The position numbers were made by a program, and so were the translations under genes. This document shows, piece by piece, positions 8,406 to 19,191 of a stretch of DNA of 64,000 bases. Within the stretch, counting starts at the first letter, position 1; every line of letters begins with the position of its first letter. This DNA is from Thermodesulfobacteriota bacterium (lineage in GTDB: Bacteria; Desulfobacterota; BSN033; UBA1163), in contig JBEKWN010000031.1 in assembly GCA_049513055.1 (NCBI GenBank), forward strand, positions 8,012 through 72,011. Reading direction: 5' to 3'. The notes under the pieces are model-generated. The model did not search any database. It worked only from the letters and a program-made list of their open reading frames with translations, and was not told the DNA's origin.

Positions 8406-10358
8406 ATGACGGACATTCTTTTTAGCAGTTGGGGTGGAGTGGTGACAGATAATCGAGGGAAACCTGAAGCAGAGAGGCAACCCGTCTCCGCTCTCAATCT
8501 ACCCCTGGAATTGGACAAAGAGAAAAAGATCAAAGCCTTCATTGGATGGGATGGGATTGTCATCAGAGACCCTGAAGTCAATATGGTCGATTTGATTCGG
8601 GCTTATTTGGAAGCAGTTCAGGATGAATCCTGCGGAAAGTGCACACCCTGTCGTGTCGGAACTCGGATCATGGCGACCATTATGAACCGGATTGGTGATG
8701 GTCAGGGCAAGGTTGAGGACTTAAAACAATTAAAATTTTTAGGGGAGACGATTCAGAAGAGTTCCAAATGCAATTTGGGACAGACCGGTCCAAAGCCGGT
8801 GTTGGATGCGATCGACCATTTTGAAGACCAATTCTCCGGGGCCATCCAATTGCAGAAAAAAATTCCTCGCCAGGAATATAAAGTGAAGGTGACAGCACCC
8901 TGCGAAAGTGCTTGCCCTTCCCATCTCCCTATTACCCGTTATGTCGAATTGATCAAAGAAGGAAGATTTGAGGAATCCCTTGCAGCCATCCGGGGGGCAA
9001 CCTGCTTGGCCGGAGTTCTGGGGAGGATCTGCGTTCGACCCTGTGAAGATAACTGTCGCCGTGGAAATGTTGATGAATGTATTTCTATTAAATGGCTGAA
9101 AAGGTTTGTGGCAGATTATGAGATAGAAAAGAGAAAGGAACCTCTCCTTAAGAAGGAGGGAGCTCGTTCAGAAAAAGTGGCCATCATCGGAGCAGGTCCA
9201 GCTGGCCTCTCCTGCGCCTATTATCTTGCCCTGAAAGGTTATCAAGCGACCATCTTCGAAAGACTGGGTGAACCAGGTGGAATGGCCGCCATGGGGATCC
9301 CTGACTATCGTCTCCCTAGAGATATTGTTGGATATGAAGCAGAGATTGTAAAGAGGTTAGGGGTCGAGATTAGGTATAACACTCAGGTGGGAAAGGATAT
9401 CACCATCTCTCAGATGTTTGAGCAAGGTTATAAGGCGATCTTTATCGGCGTGGGCGCCCAGACCAATACACCCATGGGTGTGGAGGGAGAGGACAAAGGA
9501 TATAAGGGATTCATCCCCGGTGTTTATTACCTCTTAGAAATCAATCTGGGAAGAGACCCCTATCCCGAGGGAAAAAGAGTGGTGGTGGTCGGTGGCGGAA
9601 ACGTGGCCATCGACTGTGTCCGATCTTCTTTCCGCATTGGCAAAGCAGATGTGAACCTGGTTTATCGTCGAACAAAGAAAGAGATGCCTGCCGATCGAGT
9701 AGAGATTCATGATGCAGAAGAAGAGGGCGTGAAATTTCATTACCTATGTAATCCCGTCCGGATCGTTGAGAAGGAGGGAAAGGTTGTTGGAATGGAATGC
9801 ATCCGGATGGAGTTGGGCGAACCGGATGAGAGCGGAAGGCGAAGACCTGTTCCGATCAAAGGTTCAGAATTTTTCATCGAGGCTGATATTGCCATACCGG
9901 CCATCGGTCAGGCGATTGACCTTTCCTTCCTTGAAGAGAAAGACGGGGTGAAGACAACGAAACGATCCACCATTGCCATCCAGGAAGGGACTTTCTTAAC
10001 AAGCCGTCCAGGAATCTTCTCTGCTGGGGATTGCGTGACCGGACCGGATGTTTTGGTCCGTGCAGCCGGCCATGGTAAGAGGGCTGCTGAGAAGATTGAC
10101 CTCTTCCTTCGAGGGATGGAAGTAAAAGAATCTGAGGAAGAACGTCTGGAGGCCCTGGTTGAGAAGATCAAGGTTTATAACAAGGATGAGAAGATCGGGA
10201 TCTCCGGAGGACAGAAGAGAGCGATGTTGGAGTTGCTTCCTCCTGATTCAAGAAAATGGATCTTCGATGAGGTGGAAGAAGGATTTTCGATTCCGGTGGC
10301 TCAGAAAGAAGCGGAGCGCTGTCTCCGATGTGTGCGGATCGGACTCTTCGCAGTATAG
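8406..10358 (+). CDS. sfrB: SfrB-like NAD(P)H oxidoreductase beta subunit (NuoF-type 4Fe-4S domain plus GltD/NfnB-like FAD domain)
   Basis: N-terminus FSSWG..DNRG..AFIGWDG resembles Geobacter SfrB as I recall it. ESCGKCTPCRVG (NuoF N3 motif), APCESACP, GRICVRPCEDNC, GAGPAG, GGGNVAIDC, YRRT (NADPH-type), EAERCLRC. Confidence 0.85.
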   Translation: MTDILFSSWGGVVTDNRGKPEAERQPVSALNLPLELDKEKKIKAFIGWDGIVIRDPEVNMVDLIRAYLEAVQDESCGKCTPCRVGTRIMATIMNRIGDGQGKVEDLKQLKFLGETIQKSSKCNLGQTGPKPVLDAIDHFEDQFSGAIQLQKKIPRQEYKVKVTAPCESACPSHLPITRYVELIKEGRFEESLAAIRGATCLAGVLGRICVRPCEDNCRRGNVDECISIKWLKRFVADYEIEKRKEPLLKKEGARSEKVAIIGAGPAGLSCAYYLALKGYQATIFERLGEPGGMAAMGIPDYRLPRDIVGYEAEIVKRLGVEIRYNTQVGKDITISQMFEQGYKAIFIGVGAQTNTPMGVEGEDKGYKGFIPGVYYLLEINLGRDPYPEGKRVVVVGGGNVAIDCVRSSFRIGKADVNLVYRRTKKEMPADRVEIHDAEEEGVKFHYLCNPVRIVEKEGKVVGMECIRMELGEPDESGRRRPVPIKGSEFFIEADIAIPAIGQAIDLSFLEEKDGVKTTKRSTIAIQEGTFLTSRPGIFSAGDCVTGPDVLVRAAGHGKRAAEKIDLFLRGMEVKESEEERLEALVEKIKVYNKDEKIGISGGQKRAMLELLPPDSRKWIFDEVEEGFSIPVAQKEAERCLRCVRIGLFAV

Positions 10359-10431
10359 TGTGTTGGTGAATAGTGAGTGGTGAATCGTGGTGAGGGATTC
10401 CAAATCACGATTCAAGAATCTCGAATCACGA
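10357..10431. repeat. Intergenic 7-nt tandem-repeat hairpin
   Basis: tagtgtg ttggtga atagtga gtggtga atcgtg / aatcacg attcaag aatctcg aatcacg. Confidence 0.65.
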
Positions 10432-10437
10432 GGTTTG

Positions 10438-13071
10438 ATGAGAATGCTGAAGCTGACGATTGATGGAAAAGAAGTTACTGGAAGACCGGATCAAACAATC
10501 CTTGAGGTAGCTAAAGAAAATGGGATCACTATTCCCACCCTGTGTTATCACCCCAGATTAAGCCTGCTCAAATCCTGCCGTATCTGCTTGGTCGATGTCG
10601 AGGGTGCGGAAATGCCTATGGCCTCTTGTGCGACGCCTGTGGTCGAGGGGATGGTGGTTCAAACCCGCACGGAGCGCGTGGAGAGGATGAGGCATGAGGC
10701 TTTGAAATTATTACTGGTCAACCATCCTCTGGACTGTCCTGTCTGTGATGCTGGAGGAGAATGCCAGCTCCAGAACCGCACCTATGAATTCGGGATCGAA
10801 AAGAACGAGTTTCCTCCAGAGAAAAGAGAGTTTCCCTCCATCCCTTATGGGACTCCCCTGATCCGGCAGTGGTTTGATCGATGTGTCATGTGTCTCCGCT
10901 GCATCCAGGCCTGTGTCGATGTGCCAGGAGCGGATGTCCTCGAGGTGGCAGAACATGGTTTCATCTCCCATGTGAAGGCCGTTCGGAAAGAAAATTGTAT
11001 CTCCTGCGGAGAATGCCTCCATATGTGTCCGGTGGGTGCCTTAACAGAGGATTTCAGCCCCATCAAAGGAAGGACATGGCAACTGGACAGAATCCAGACC
11101 ACCTGTACTTTCTGTGGATGTGGTTGCCAGCTGGAGCTCAATACCCTTGCAGATAGGAAGGTGGTCAAGGTGACCACAAAAGAGGATGCCGGGGTCAACC
11201 AGGGTAGCCTCTGCGTGAAGGGGAGATTCGGTTTTGATTTTATTCATCATCCGGGCAGGCTTCAAAAACCTCTTGTGAAAAAATCCGGAGTTTTTGTGGA
11301 GGTCTCCTGGGAAGAAGCCTTGGGTCTGGTCGCCACAAAATTTCAAGAAATAAAGGAGAAGTATGGCGTCCAGAGCATCGGAGGAATCTCTTCCTCCAGG
11401 GCCACCAATGAAGAGAATTACCTCTTTCAGAAATGGATGAGAGCCTGCATCGGGACAAACCATATTGACAATGGTGCCCGATTGTCTAGCGGCTCTTCCC
11501 TCTATGGGATGATGGCCTCTACTGGATGTGGGGCAATGACTCACGGGATGGACGAGGTAGCCAAGGCTGACCTCATTCTTATCGTCGGTGCGGATGCGTA
11601 TGATGATAACCTCATCTTCAGCAATAAGATGAGGGAGGCCATCCGTGAGAACAACGCTAAAATCATCCTGGCCGATCCTCGAAAGACCCAATGGGAAAAA
11701 TGGGCTGACTTATGGTTGAGACCTGTACCGGGGACGGATATCGCCTGGATCAATGGTCTGGTTCGTCTCCTTATCGAAAAGGGTGCTCCTTCAAGAGAGT
11801 TTATTGGATCTAAGACAGAGGGTTTTGAAACCCTGCGGTCCTCTTTAGAGAAATTTTCTGCCGAGTTTGTCAAGAATACCACAGGAATCTTTCCAGCTGA
11901 TTTAGAAAGGGTTGCCAATCTTTATCTCTCGGCGAAAAAGAGGGCGATCGTCTTTGGTTCTGGTGTAACTCAGCATGCCAATGGAACAGAGATAGTAAAA
12001 GCTCTTTGCAACCTGGCCCTGCTGACCGGAGAGACAGAAGCGGGAGGAGGGGGCGTCTACCCACTGCTCACTCAGAATAATGTCCAAGGCGCTTTTGATA
12101 TGGGTTCTCTTTCTGAATTCCTTCCCGGTTATCAGAAGGTGGAAGACGAAAAGGCGCGCAGGAAGTTCGAGGAGATTTGGGAGAGAGGGATTCCAGAAAA
12201 ACCAGGTTTCACCTATGTGGAGATGTTCGATAAGATTTTGGAAGGAAGGATCAAAGCCCTCTATATTTTTGGTGAGGACCCCTTCATCAATCTTCCTAAC
12301 TTGGAGAGATTGAAGAACGGACTCCATCAATTGGAATTTTTGGTGGTTCAGGATCTTTTCATGACCCACATTGGGAGTTATGCACAGGTGATTTTGCCTG
12401 GAGTGAGTTTTGCTGAGAAGGACGGAACCTTCACCAACATGGAGAGAAGGATACAAAGGGTGCGGAAGGCCATCTCACCGGTCGGTGATTCCAGACCCGA
12501 CTGGAAAATCCTCTGCGATCTTTCAACGAAGATGGGTTATCCATTGGGATACCAGAACCCGGCTGAGATCATGGAGGAGATTACCTCTCTGGTGCCTTTC
12601 TATGCTGGAGCCAATTACTCCAATCTGGAGAAGGGCGGGATCCAGTGGCCTTCAAGGAATGGATGGAAAAAAAGATTCCTCCCCGTCGAATACAAAGGGC
12701 CAGAAGAGCAGCCCGATGACAAATATCCTTTATGGATCATTCCCAGAGGTTTTCATTACCATTACGGAATCGGGACGACGACCAAGAGAGCCATGGGGTT
12801 AGCCAAGGTCTTTTCTGATTCCTGCATCGAAGTTCACTCAGAGGATGCCACCAAAGCAGGCTTGGGAGATGGGGATAGGGTGAAGGTCATTTCACCCAGA
12901 GGTGAGGTGGAGACGATCTGCCGGATTTCAGGAGCCGTTCCCAGAGGGGTGGCTTATTTTGCCACCACGTTTTTCCCTGTTTTTGTGAATAACCTTTTGA
13001 TTTCCGGATACGACCCTGTGAGTCAGCACCCTGAATACAAGGTCTTCATTGGAAGGGTGGAGAAACGGTAG
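10438..13071 (+). CDS. sfrA: SfrA/NuoG-like Fe-S protein with a degenerate molybdopterin-oxidoreductase fold
   Basis: [2Fe-2S] LCYHP..SCRICLV..ASC, HPLDCPVCDAGGECQLQ, two CxxCxxCxxxC motifs and CTFCGCGC. The FDH-like active site reads IDNGARLSSGSS with no Cys/Sec or His. Likely start ATG 10438 after GAGGT. Confidence 0.82.
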   Translation: MRMLKLTIDGKEVTGRPDQTILEVAKENGITIPTLCYHPRLSLLKSCRICLVDVEGAEMPMASCATPVVEGMVVQTRTERVERMRHEALKLLLVNHPLDCPVCDAGGECQLQNRTYEFGIEKNEFPPEKREFPSIPYGTPLIRQWFDRCVMCLRCIQACVDVPGADVLEVAEHGFISHVKAVRKENCISCGECLHMCPVGALTEDFSPIKGRTWQLDRIQTTCTFCGCGCQLELNTLADRKVVKVTTKEDAGVNQGSLCVKGRFGFDFIHHPGRLQKPLVKKSGVFVEVSWEEALGLVATKFQEIKEKYGVQSIGGISSSRATNEENYLFQKWMRACIGTNHIDNGARLSSGSSLYGMMASTGCGAMTHGMDEVAKADLILIVGADAYDDNLIFSNKMREAIRENNAKIILADPRKTQWEKWADLWLRPVPGTDIAWINGLVRLLIEKGAPSREFIGSKTEGFETLRSSLEKFSAEFVKNTTGIFPADLERVANLYLSAKKRAIVFGSGVTQHANGTEIVKALCNLALLTGETEAGGGGVYPLLTQNNVQGAFDMGSLSEFLPGYQKVEDEKARRKFEEIWERGIPEKPGFTYVEMFDKILEGRIKALYIFGEDPFINLPNLERLKNGLHQLEFLVVQDLFMTHIGSYAQVILPGVSFAEKDGTFTNMERRIQRVRKAISPVGDSRPDWKILCDLSTKMGYPLGYQNPAEIMEEITSLVPFYAGANYSNLEKGGIQWPSRNGWKKRFLPVEYKGPEEQPDDKYPLWIIPRGFHYHYGIGTTTKRAMGLAKVFSDSCIEVHSEDATKAGLGDGDRVKVISPRGEVETICRISGAVPRGVAYFATTFFPVFVNNLLISGYDPVSQHPEYKVFIGRVEKR

Positions 13072-13083
13072 AGGAGAAGCAGG

Positions 13084-14103
13084 ATGCAACTGTTGTATCT
13101 TCTCATTGAGATCATTGTCAAATGCGTGGTGGTTTTTGCCGGTCTGATGATTGTTGTAGCCTATTTGACCTGGCTGGAACGGAAGGTTTTGGGTCATATC
13201 CAGATTCGTTATGGCCCTAATCGCTGTGGGCCCTTTGGATTACTTCAACCCTTTTCGGATGCGGTCAAAGCCTTCTTTAAAGAGGACCTGGTTCCTGGAA
13301 GGGCGGATAAGGTCATCTTCGTCATGGCCCCGATGATTTCGATCATCGCAGCCATCAGCATCTTTGCCGTCATCCCCTTTGGAAATCAGTTTACCATCCC
13401 TGGAACGAATTGGGTGGTCAAACTGCGGCTGGCCGATGTGGATATAGGACTTCTCTATATCTTTGGTGTGGCCTCTCTTGGAGAATTTGGGATTATCTTA
13501 GGAGGCTGGTCTTCTGGAAATAAGTATGGATTGACCGGTTCCCTTCGGGCTGCGGCTCAGATGATCAGTTATGAAGTAGCTCTTGGCATCGCGGTCATAG
13601 GAGTCCTCATCCTCTCAGAAAGCCTGAGACTGACCGAGATCGTTCGTCTTCAGGGAGGAGGGTTCTGGAATTGGAATATTTGGTATCAGCCGGTGGCCTT
13701 TGTCCTTTATCTGATTTGCGGTCTGGCTGAGATCAACCGAACTCCCTTTGACATGCCTGAGGCTGAAGCAGAGCTGGCCTGCGGGTTCAACATTGAATAC
13801 AGCAGCATGAAATTTGCCCTCTTCTTCATGGCTGAATACGCCCATATGGTTACGATGGGCGCCGTGGCCGTGACGCTCTTTCTGGGAGGATGGCAGCCGA
13901 TTATTCCTCAGCTCAGTTTCATTCCCGGCATCGTCTGGTTCTGCGCAAAACTCTTTATCTTCCTCTTCTTCTTCATCTGGGAGCGAGGGACCATGCCGCG
14001 ACTCCGATACGATCAGATCATGAAGTTTGGCTGGAAGATTTTAATTCCATTGGCACTGATCAATCTTTTAGTAACTGGATTGGTCGTTTCACTGAAAGGG
14101 TAA
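13084..14103 (+). CDS. nuoH: NADH-quinone oxidoreductase subunit H
   Basis: ERKVLGHIQIRYGPN, LRAAAQMISYE, AEINRTPFDMPEAE, PRLRYDQ. Confidence 0.97.
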   Translation: MQLLYLLIEIIVKCVVVFAGLMIVVAYLTWLERKVLGHIQIRYGPNRCGPFGLLQPFSDAVKAFFKEDLVPGRADKVIFVMAPMISIIAAISIFAVIPFGNQFTIPGTNWVVKLRLADVDIGLLYIFGVASLGEFGIILGGWSSGNKYGLTGSLRAAAQMISYEVALGIAVIGVLILSESLRLTEIVRLQGGGFWNWNIWYQPVAFVLYLICGLAEINRTPFDMPEAEAELACGFNIEYSSMKFALFFMAEYAHMVTMGAVAVTLFLGGWQPIIPQLSFIPGIVWFCAKLFIFLFFFIWERGTMPRLRYDQIMKFGWKILIPLALINLLVTGLVVSLKG

Positions 14104-14117
14104 GAAAGAGGTCAACG

Positions 14118-14531
14118 ATGATCATTCCATTGCTGAAAGGTTTGGCGCTTACTTTGAACCGGTTTTTTTCCAAACCCATCACCATCCAATATCCTGAAGA
14201 GAAGGTACCTCCAGCAAAACGTTGGAGAGGCATTCAATATTTTGAAAAGGATGAGCGCGGGAAAACCAAATGTGTGGCCTGCGGCCTCTGTATGGCGGTC
14301 TGTCCCTCTCAGTGCATCTATATTGAGACGGCTGAAGATGAAGAGGGTCGACGGTATCCTCTTACCTATGAACTCGATGCCAGCCGATGTATCTTTTGTG
14401 GTTATTGCGAAGAGGTCTGTCCGGTGAATGCCATCTTTTTAGGAAAGAACTATGAATGGGTGGAAGGGGATCGAAAAGTCTATCTCATGACCACCGAGAA
14501 ACTTTTAGAAGAGAAAAAGGTTAATCCATAA
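14118..14531 (+). CDS. nuoI: NADH-quinone oxidoreductase subunit I
   Basis: TIQYPEEK, CVACGLCMAVCP, CIFCGYCEEVCP; start is ATG 14118 (the ORF track over-extends it). Confidence 0.96.
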   Translation: MIIPLLKGLALTLNRFFSKPITIQYPEEKVPPAKRWRGIQYFEKDERGKTKCVACGLCMAVCPSQCIYIETAEDEEGRRYPLTYELDASRCIFCGYCEEVCPVNAIFLGKNYEWVEGDRKVYLMTTEKLLEEKKVNP

Positions 14532-14543
14532 GGAGTAAAACGG

Positions 14544-15071
14544 ATGGCTGAAAATATCGTAACGATATTTCAATGGTTGATCTTTTTGGGGGTGGCCTTT
14601 GTCTCCATTATCGCCTCCTTATTAGTCATCACTCGAAAGAACCCTATTCACAGTGCTCTTTTTTTGGTGTTGACCTTCCTCTGCGTGGCGGTGCTTTATC
14701 TCCTGCTCTATAGTCAATTCATCGCCGTCATCCAGGTGGTGGTTTACGCCGGTGCCATCGCGATGCTGATCGTTTTTGTCATCATGCTTCTGGATCTGGA
14801 GCAGGAGCTTCGATCCGGTTTAAAACTTTTTTATTCAAAAGTGATCGGTGGCATGCTGATGGTCCTTTTTCTTTTCGGGATTATTTATTCGGTCGTGGCC
14901 AAATCCCCAACTGGCAAGATGGGTTCCTATACACCGGATCAGGCGAGTGCCAATGTGAAGGCCGTCGGCGAGATGCTTTTTACTCAATACCTTTTCCCCT
15001 TTGAGATTGTCTCCGTCCTTCTCGTGGCGGCCATCGTCGGAGCGGTCATTTTAAGTAAGAAAAGGACTTAA
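14544..15071 (+). CDS. nuoJ: NADH-quinone oxidoreductase subunit J
   Basis: [30 protein letters not shown]. Confidence 0.96.
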   Translation: MAENIVTIFQWLIFLGVAFVSIIASLLVITRKNPIHSALFLVLTFLCVAVLYLLLYSQFIAVIQVVVYAGAIAMLIVFVIMLLDLEQELRSGLKLFYSKVIGGMLMVLFLFGIIYSVVAKSPTGKMGSYTPDQASANVKAVGEMLFTQYLFPFEIVSVLLVAAIVGAVILSKKRT

Positions 15072-15081
15072 GGAGAGGATT

Positions 15082-15396
15082 ATGGTGATTCCATCCGTTC
15101 CCCCTGAATGTTATTTGGTCTTGAGCGGATTGCTCTTCACGATTGGAGTAATCGGAGCCCTGACCCGGCGAAATGCCATTGTGGTCTTCATGTGCATCGA
15201 GATGATGCTCAATGCTGTGAACATTACCTTCATCACCCTATCCCGTTTTCTCCAGTCATTGGACGGGGTTCTCTTCGCCTTTTTTGTAATGGCCGTGGCC
15301 GCCGCGGAGGCTGCGGTTGGGTTAGCGATCTTTGTAATGATCTATCGCTCAAGAGAAACAATCAATGTGGACGAAATTAATATTATGAAGTGGTGA
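15082..15396 (+). CDS. nuoK: NADH-quinone oxidoreductase subunit K
   Basis: [27 protein letters not shown]. Confidence 0.97.
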   Translation: MVIPSVPPECYLVLSGLLFTIGVIGALTRRNAIVVFMCIEMMLNAVNITFITLSRFLQSLDGVLFAFFVMAVAAAEAAVGLAIFVMIYRSRETINVDEINIMKW

Positions 15397-15401
15397 TCCA
15401 A

Positions 15402-15480
15402 AGTTATGAGTTAAGAATTATGAGTTATGAATTAAAATCAGATTTCAACTCTCAACTCTTAACTCTCAACTCTTAGCTCT
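15402..15480. repeat. Intergenic 7-nt tandem-repeat hairpin (GTTATGA / AACTCTY)
   Basis: gttatga gttaaga attatga gttatga att ... aactctc aactctt aactctc aactctt agctct. Confidence 0.8.
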
Positions 15481-15499
15481 TTTTTTAAAGGAGTCTTTC

Positions 15500-17491
15500 A
15501 TGTTTGATTATGTCTGGTTGATCCCCATGTTTCCGGCGATCGGGTTTTTGATCAACGGATTTTTTGGAAGACAATATTCAAAAAAAGTGGTCGGTTGGGT
15601 GGCCTGTTCAGCCCTCGGACTCTCCTTTCTCACTTCCATCCTCATCTTCTTTGAATTGATTGGGAGGCCATCCACTGAGCGCGTCTTTGAAAAAGTGATT
15701 TTTGATTGGGTGGTCTCGGGCTCTTTCCAAACAGTGATCGGCTACCAGATCGACCCTCTCTCCATCCTGATGGCACTGGTGGTCAGCGGGGTCAGTTTCT
15801 TCATCCACATCTACTCTGTAGGATACATGCATGACGATCCGGGTTATCCACGGTATTTCACCTACCTCAACCTCTTCGTCTTCATGATGCTCAACCTCAT
15901 CCTGGCCAACAACTTCTTGCTGATGTTTGTGGGATGGGAGGGTGTCGGCCTCTGTTCCTATCTCTTGATCGGTTTCTGGTTTGAGAAGGATTCCGCTGCT
16001 AACGCAGGGAAAAAGGCTTTTGTGGTCAACCGAGTGGGCGACTTCGGTTTCATTCTTGGAATGTTCCTCCTCTTCACCAGTCTTGGAAAACACGGGATCT
16101 GGACATTAGATTTTACAGAAGTCTTTGCCAATGCAAATAAGCTCGATACCGCCACGGTGACCGCCATCACCATTCTGTTCTTTATCGGTGCATGTGGAAA
16201 ATCGGCACAGATTCCCCTATATGTGTGGCTCCCTGATGCCATGGAAGGTCCCACGCCGGTCAGTTCCCTTATCCACGCGGCCACCATGGTGACCGCAGGG
16301 GTATACATGATCGCCCGGTGTAATGTACTCTACACCATGGCACCTCTCTCCATGGCGATCGTTGCCATTGTCGGCGTGGCGACTGCCATCTATACTGCTT
16401 CCATTGGATTCTGTCAGAACGATATCAAGAAAGTTCTGGCCTATTCTACAATCAGCCAGCTGGGATATATGTTTCTGGGCGTGGGAGTAGGTGCATTCAG
16501 CGCTGGCATCTTCCATCTGATGACCCATGCCTTTTTCAAGGGGCTTCTCTTTCTTGGCGCAGGAAGTGTCATGCATGCCCTGAGTGGCGAATTGGATATG
16601 AGAAAGATGGGAGCTCTCAGAAAAAAGATTCCCATCACCTTCTGGACATTCTTCTTTGCCACGCTGGCGATTGCCGGGATTCCTGGGCTCTCTGGATTTT
16701 TCAGCAAGGATGAAATCCTCTGGCAAGCCTTTTCCAGCTCCCACGGCCATTTCTTATTGTGGCTGGTGGCTGCTATCGCTGCTGGGATGACGGCCTTCTA
16801 TATGTTCAGGGCTCTGTTCATGACCTTCTTTGGTGAGTCCAGGGTTGATGAGCATGTGGCACATCATATCCATGAATCGCCCAAGATCATGACAGTTCCT
16901 TTAATGGTCCTTGCTGTGCTCTCCATTGTTGGAGGTTATATAGGTGTTCCCCATGTTTTGGGAGGAGCCAATCACATCCATGAGTTCCTCGCTCCTGTAT
17001 TAGGAGGTGGGGCTGAGCCGGCCAAAGCCCATGCCGGGATTTCAATCCTCTCACAGGCCTGGGCATCAGGAGGAGAGGGAGGAGGACATGGGGCTACCTT
17101 AGAACTTCTCATGATGGTGGTCTCTGTGGTCATCGCACTCATCGGGATTGGGATCGCTTACCTCTTCTACGTGAAGAACCCAGCCCTTCCCAAACTGTTG
17201 GCCGAGAGGTGGAAGGGACTCTACAAACTTGTTTTTAACAAATATTATGTTGACGAACTCTATGAAATCCTCTTCATCAACTCTCTTAAAAATTTGGGCA
17301 TGGGACTCTGGAAAGGGTTTGATGACTTTGTCATCGATGGTACGATCAATGGCATTGCCTATCTTATCGGTTTGCTCTCCGGAGCGATGAGAAAGATGCA
17401 GACCGGTTTGGTTCAAAACTACGCCTTTTCAATGATCATTGGTGGAATCGTCCTTGTAGCCTATTATATCGTGCGTGCTATTTTCTACTAA
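15500..17491 (+). CDS. nuoL: NADH-quinone oxidoreductase subunit L
   Basis: [44 protein letters not shown]. Confidence 0.97.
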   Translation: MFDYVWLIPMFPAIGFLINGFFGRQYSKKVVGWVACSALGLSFLTSILIFFELIGRPSTERVFEKVIFDWVVSGSFQTVIGYQIDPLSILMALVVSGVSFFIHIYSVGYMHDDPGYPRYFTYLNLFVFMMLNLILANNFLLMFVGWEGVGLCSYLLIGFWFEKDSAANAGKKAFVVNRVGDFGFILGMFLLFTSLGKHGIWTLDFTEVFANANKLDTATVTAITILFFIGACGKSAQIPLYVWLPDAMEGPTPVSSLIHAATMVTAGVYMIARCNVLYTMAPLSMAIVAIVGVATAIYTASIGFCQNDIKKVLAYSTISQLGYMFLGVGVGAFSAGIFHLMTHAFFKGLLFLGAGSVMHALSGELDMRKMGALRKKIPITFWTFFFATLAIAGIPGLSGFFSKDEILWQAFSSSHGHFLLWLVAAIAAGMTAFYMFRALFMTFFGESRVDEHVAHHIHESPKIMTVPLMVLAVLSIVGGYIGVPHVLGGANHIHEFLAPVLGGGAEPAKAHAGISILSQAWASGGEGGGHGATLELLMMVVSVVIALIGIGIAYLFYVKNPALPKLLAERWKGLYKLVFNKYYVDELYEILFINSLKNLGMGLWKGFDDFVIDGTINGIAYLIGLLSGAMRKMQTGLVQNYAFSMIIGGIVLVAYYIVRAIFY

Positions 17492-17525
17492 ATCCGTTGC
17501 CGCACAGAGCAAAGGAGCTGGTTTC

Positions 17526-19076
17526 ATGTACATTTTGGGAATTCCCATCCTATCGCTGCTGATCTTCTTTCCAATATTGGGCGCCATTGTTCTCCTCTTC
17601 ATCAACAAAGAGAATGGGAGAGCGATCAGGTGGGTCACCTTAATTTTTTCTCTCATTGAATTCATTTTCTCGCTGCCCCTCTTCTTTGCCTTCGATTCCA
17701 AGACAGGAGCGATGCAATTCGTGGAGGATTGGTGGTGGATTCAGAGCTATGGGATCAGCTATAAATTGGGCATTGATGGAATCAGTCTTCTTCTGGTTCT
17801 CTTGACTACCTTTTTGACCATCCTATGCATCCTGTGCTCCTGGACAGCGATCACCTTCCGAGTAAAAGAATTCATGATTTCGTTCTTCTTCCTTGAGACA
17901 GGAATGATCGGTGCCTTGGTGGCCCTCGATCTCGTCCTTTTCTATGTCTTCTGGGAAGTGATGCTGATCCCGATGTACCTCCTCATCGGTGTCTGGGGTG
18001 ATCCCAAGAGACGAATTTATGCAGCGATCAAGTTCTTCCTCTTTACCATGGCAGGAAGCGTGCTGATGCTTGTGGCTATCTTAATCCTCTATTTCCTCAA
18101 TCAGAAAGCAACGGGTATATCCACCTTCGATGTACTCGAACTCTATAAGTTGGGATTACCGGTCGGGACGCAGTACTGGCTCTTCGGAGCCTTTGCCCTG
18201 GCCTTTGCCATCAAGGTTCCGATGTTTCCATTTCATACCTGGTTACCCGATGCCCACACCGAGGCGCCGACCGCTGGAAGCGTGATCCTGGCAGGTGTCT
18301 TGCTGAAGATGGGAACCTATGGGTTCATCCGATTTGCCATCCCCCTGTTTCCGAAGGCAGCCTTCGATCTTTTGCCCCTGGTCTCTGTTTTGGCGCTTAT
18401 CGGAATTATCTATGGAGCATTAGTTTCGATGATGCAACCCGATCTCAAACGACTGGTCGCTTTCTCGAGCGTGAGCCACCTGGGATATGTCATGCTCGGG
18501 ATGTTTGCTTTCAATATGCAAGGGATCGAGGGGTCGATCTATCAGATGCTCAACCACGGGATTAGCACAGGGTCCCTCTTTTTGATCGTCGGGATGGTCT
18601 ACGAACGCCGCCATACGCGGCTGATTGCCGACTTCGGAGGACTCTCGAAGGTGATGCCGATTTATGCTGTCTTCTTCATGATCGTGACCCTCTCATCGAT
18701 TGGTCTCCCCGGGACGAATGGGTTTGTGGGAGAGTTTTTGATCCTGCTCGGTGCTTTTCAACGCAATGTCATCTACGGGGTGTTGGCTGCCACCGGTGTT
18801 ATTTTGGGAGCCGCTTATATGCTATGGATGTTTCAAAGGGTGATGTTTGGGAAGATCACCCGTCCTGAAAATGAAAAGCTGAAGGACCTCAATGCGAGAG
18901 AGATTACTATCCTCGTTCCGATGGTCATCATGATTTTCCTCATGGGGATCTATCCTAAACTTTTTTTCAGTAAGATGGACGCCAGCGTAGAGAAGTTTAT
19001 AAAGGATTTCAAGGGAAAGGTTGAAATGAAGGCTGACCTTCCCTCGCCGAAAATATTGGCAGAGATAAAAAAATAG
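17526..19076 (+). CDS. nuoM: NADH-quinone oxidoreductase subunit M
   Basis: [41 protein letters not shown]; likely start ATG 17526 after AAGGAG. Confidence 0.97.
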   Translation: MYILGIPILSLLIFFPILGAIVLLFINKENGRAIRWVTLIFSLIEFIFSLPLFFAFDSKTGAMQFVEDWWWIQSYGISYKLGIDGISLLLVLLTTFLTILCILCSWTAITFRVKEFMISFFFLETGMIGALVALDLVLFYVFWEVMLIPMYLLIGVWGDPKRRIYAAIKFFLFTMAGSVLMLVAILILYFLNQKATGISTFDVLELYKLGLPVGTQYWLFGAFALAFAIKVPMFPFHTWLPDAHTEAPTAGSVILAGVLLKMGTYGFIRFAIPLFPKAAFDLLPLVSVLALIGIIYGALVSMMQPDLKRLVAFSSVSHLGYVMLGMFAFNMQGIEGSIYQMLNHGISTGSLFLIVGMVYERRHTRLIADFGGLSKVMPIYAVFFMIVTLSSIGLPGTNGFVGEFLILLGAFQRNVIYGVLAATGVILGAAYMLWMFQRVMFGKITRPENEKLKDLNAREITILVPMVIMIFLMGIYPKLFFSKMDASVEKFIKDFKGKVEMKADLPSPKILAEIKK

Positions 19077-19171
19077 GGTTTAAGGGGTCTAGGGTTCAAG
19101 TGTCCTAATGAAATAATCTTTAACTCATCTTAAGCCCTGAAATCCATGAACCCTCGAATCCTTGGACCCTT
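19076..19171. repeat. Intergenic 8-nt tandem-repeat hairpin (GGGTTCAA / TGAACCCT)
   Basis: gggtttaa ggggtcta gggttcaa gtg ... taagccct gaaatcca tgaaccct cgaatcct tggaccct. Confidence 0.75.
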
Positions 19172-19191
19172 TTAATTGGAGGATTCTTTAG

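Noticed and set aside
13890-14117. ORF-track N-terminal extension of NuoI (similar extensions for NuoD, NuoM, SfrA, HsdR and the ABC binding protein)
   Set aside because: They overlap the upstream gene or lie in repeat hairpins; downstream starts with RBSs match family N-termini.
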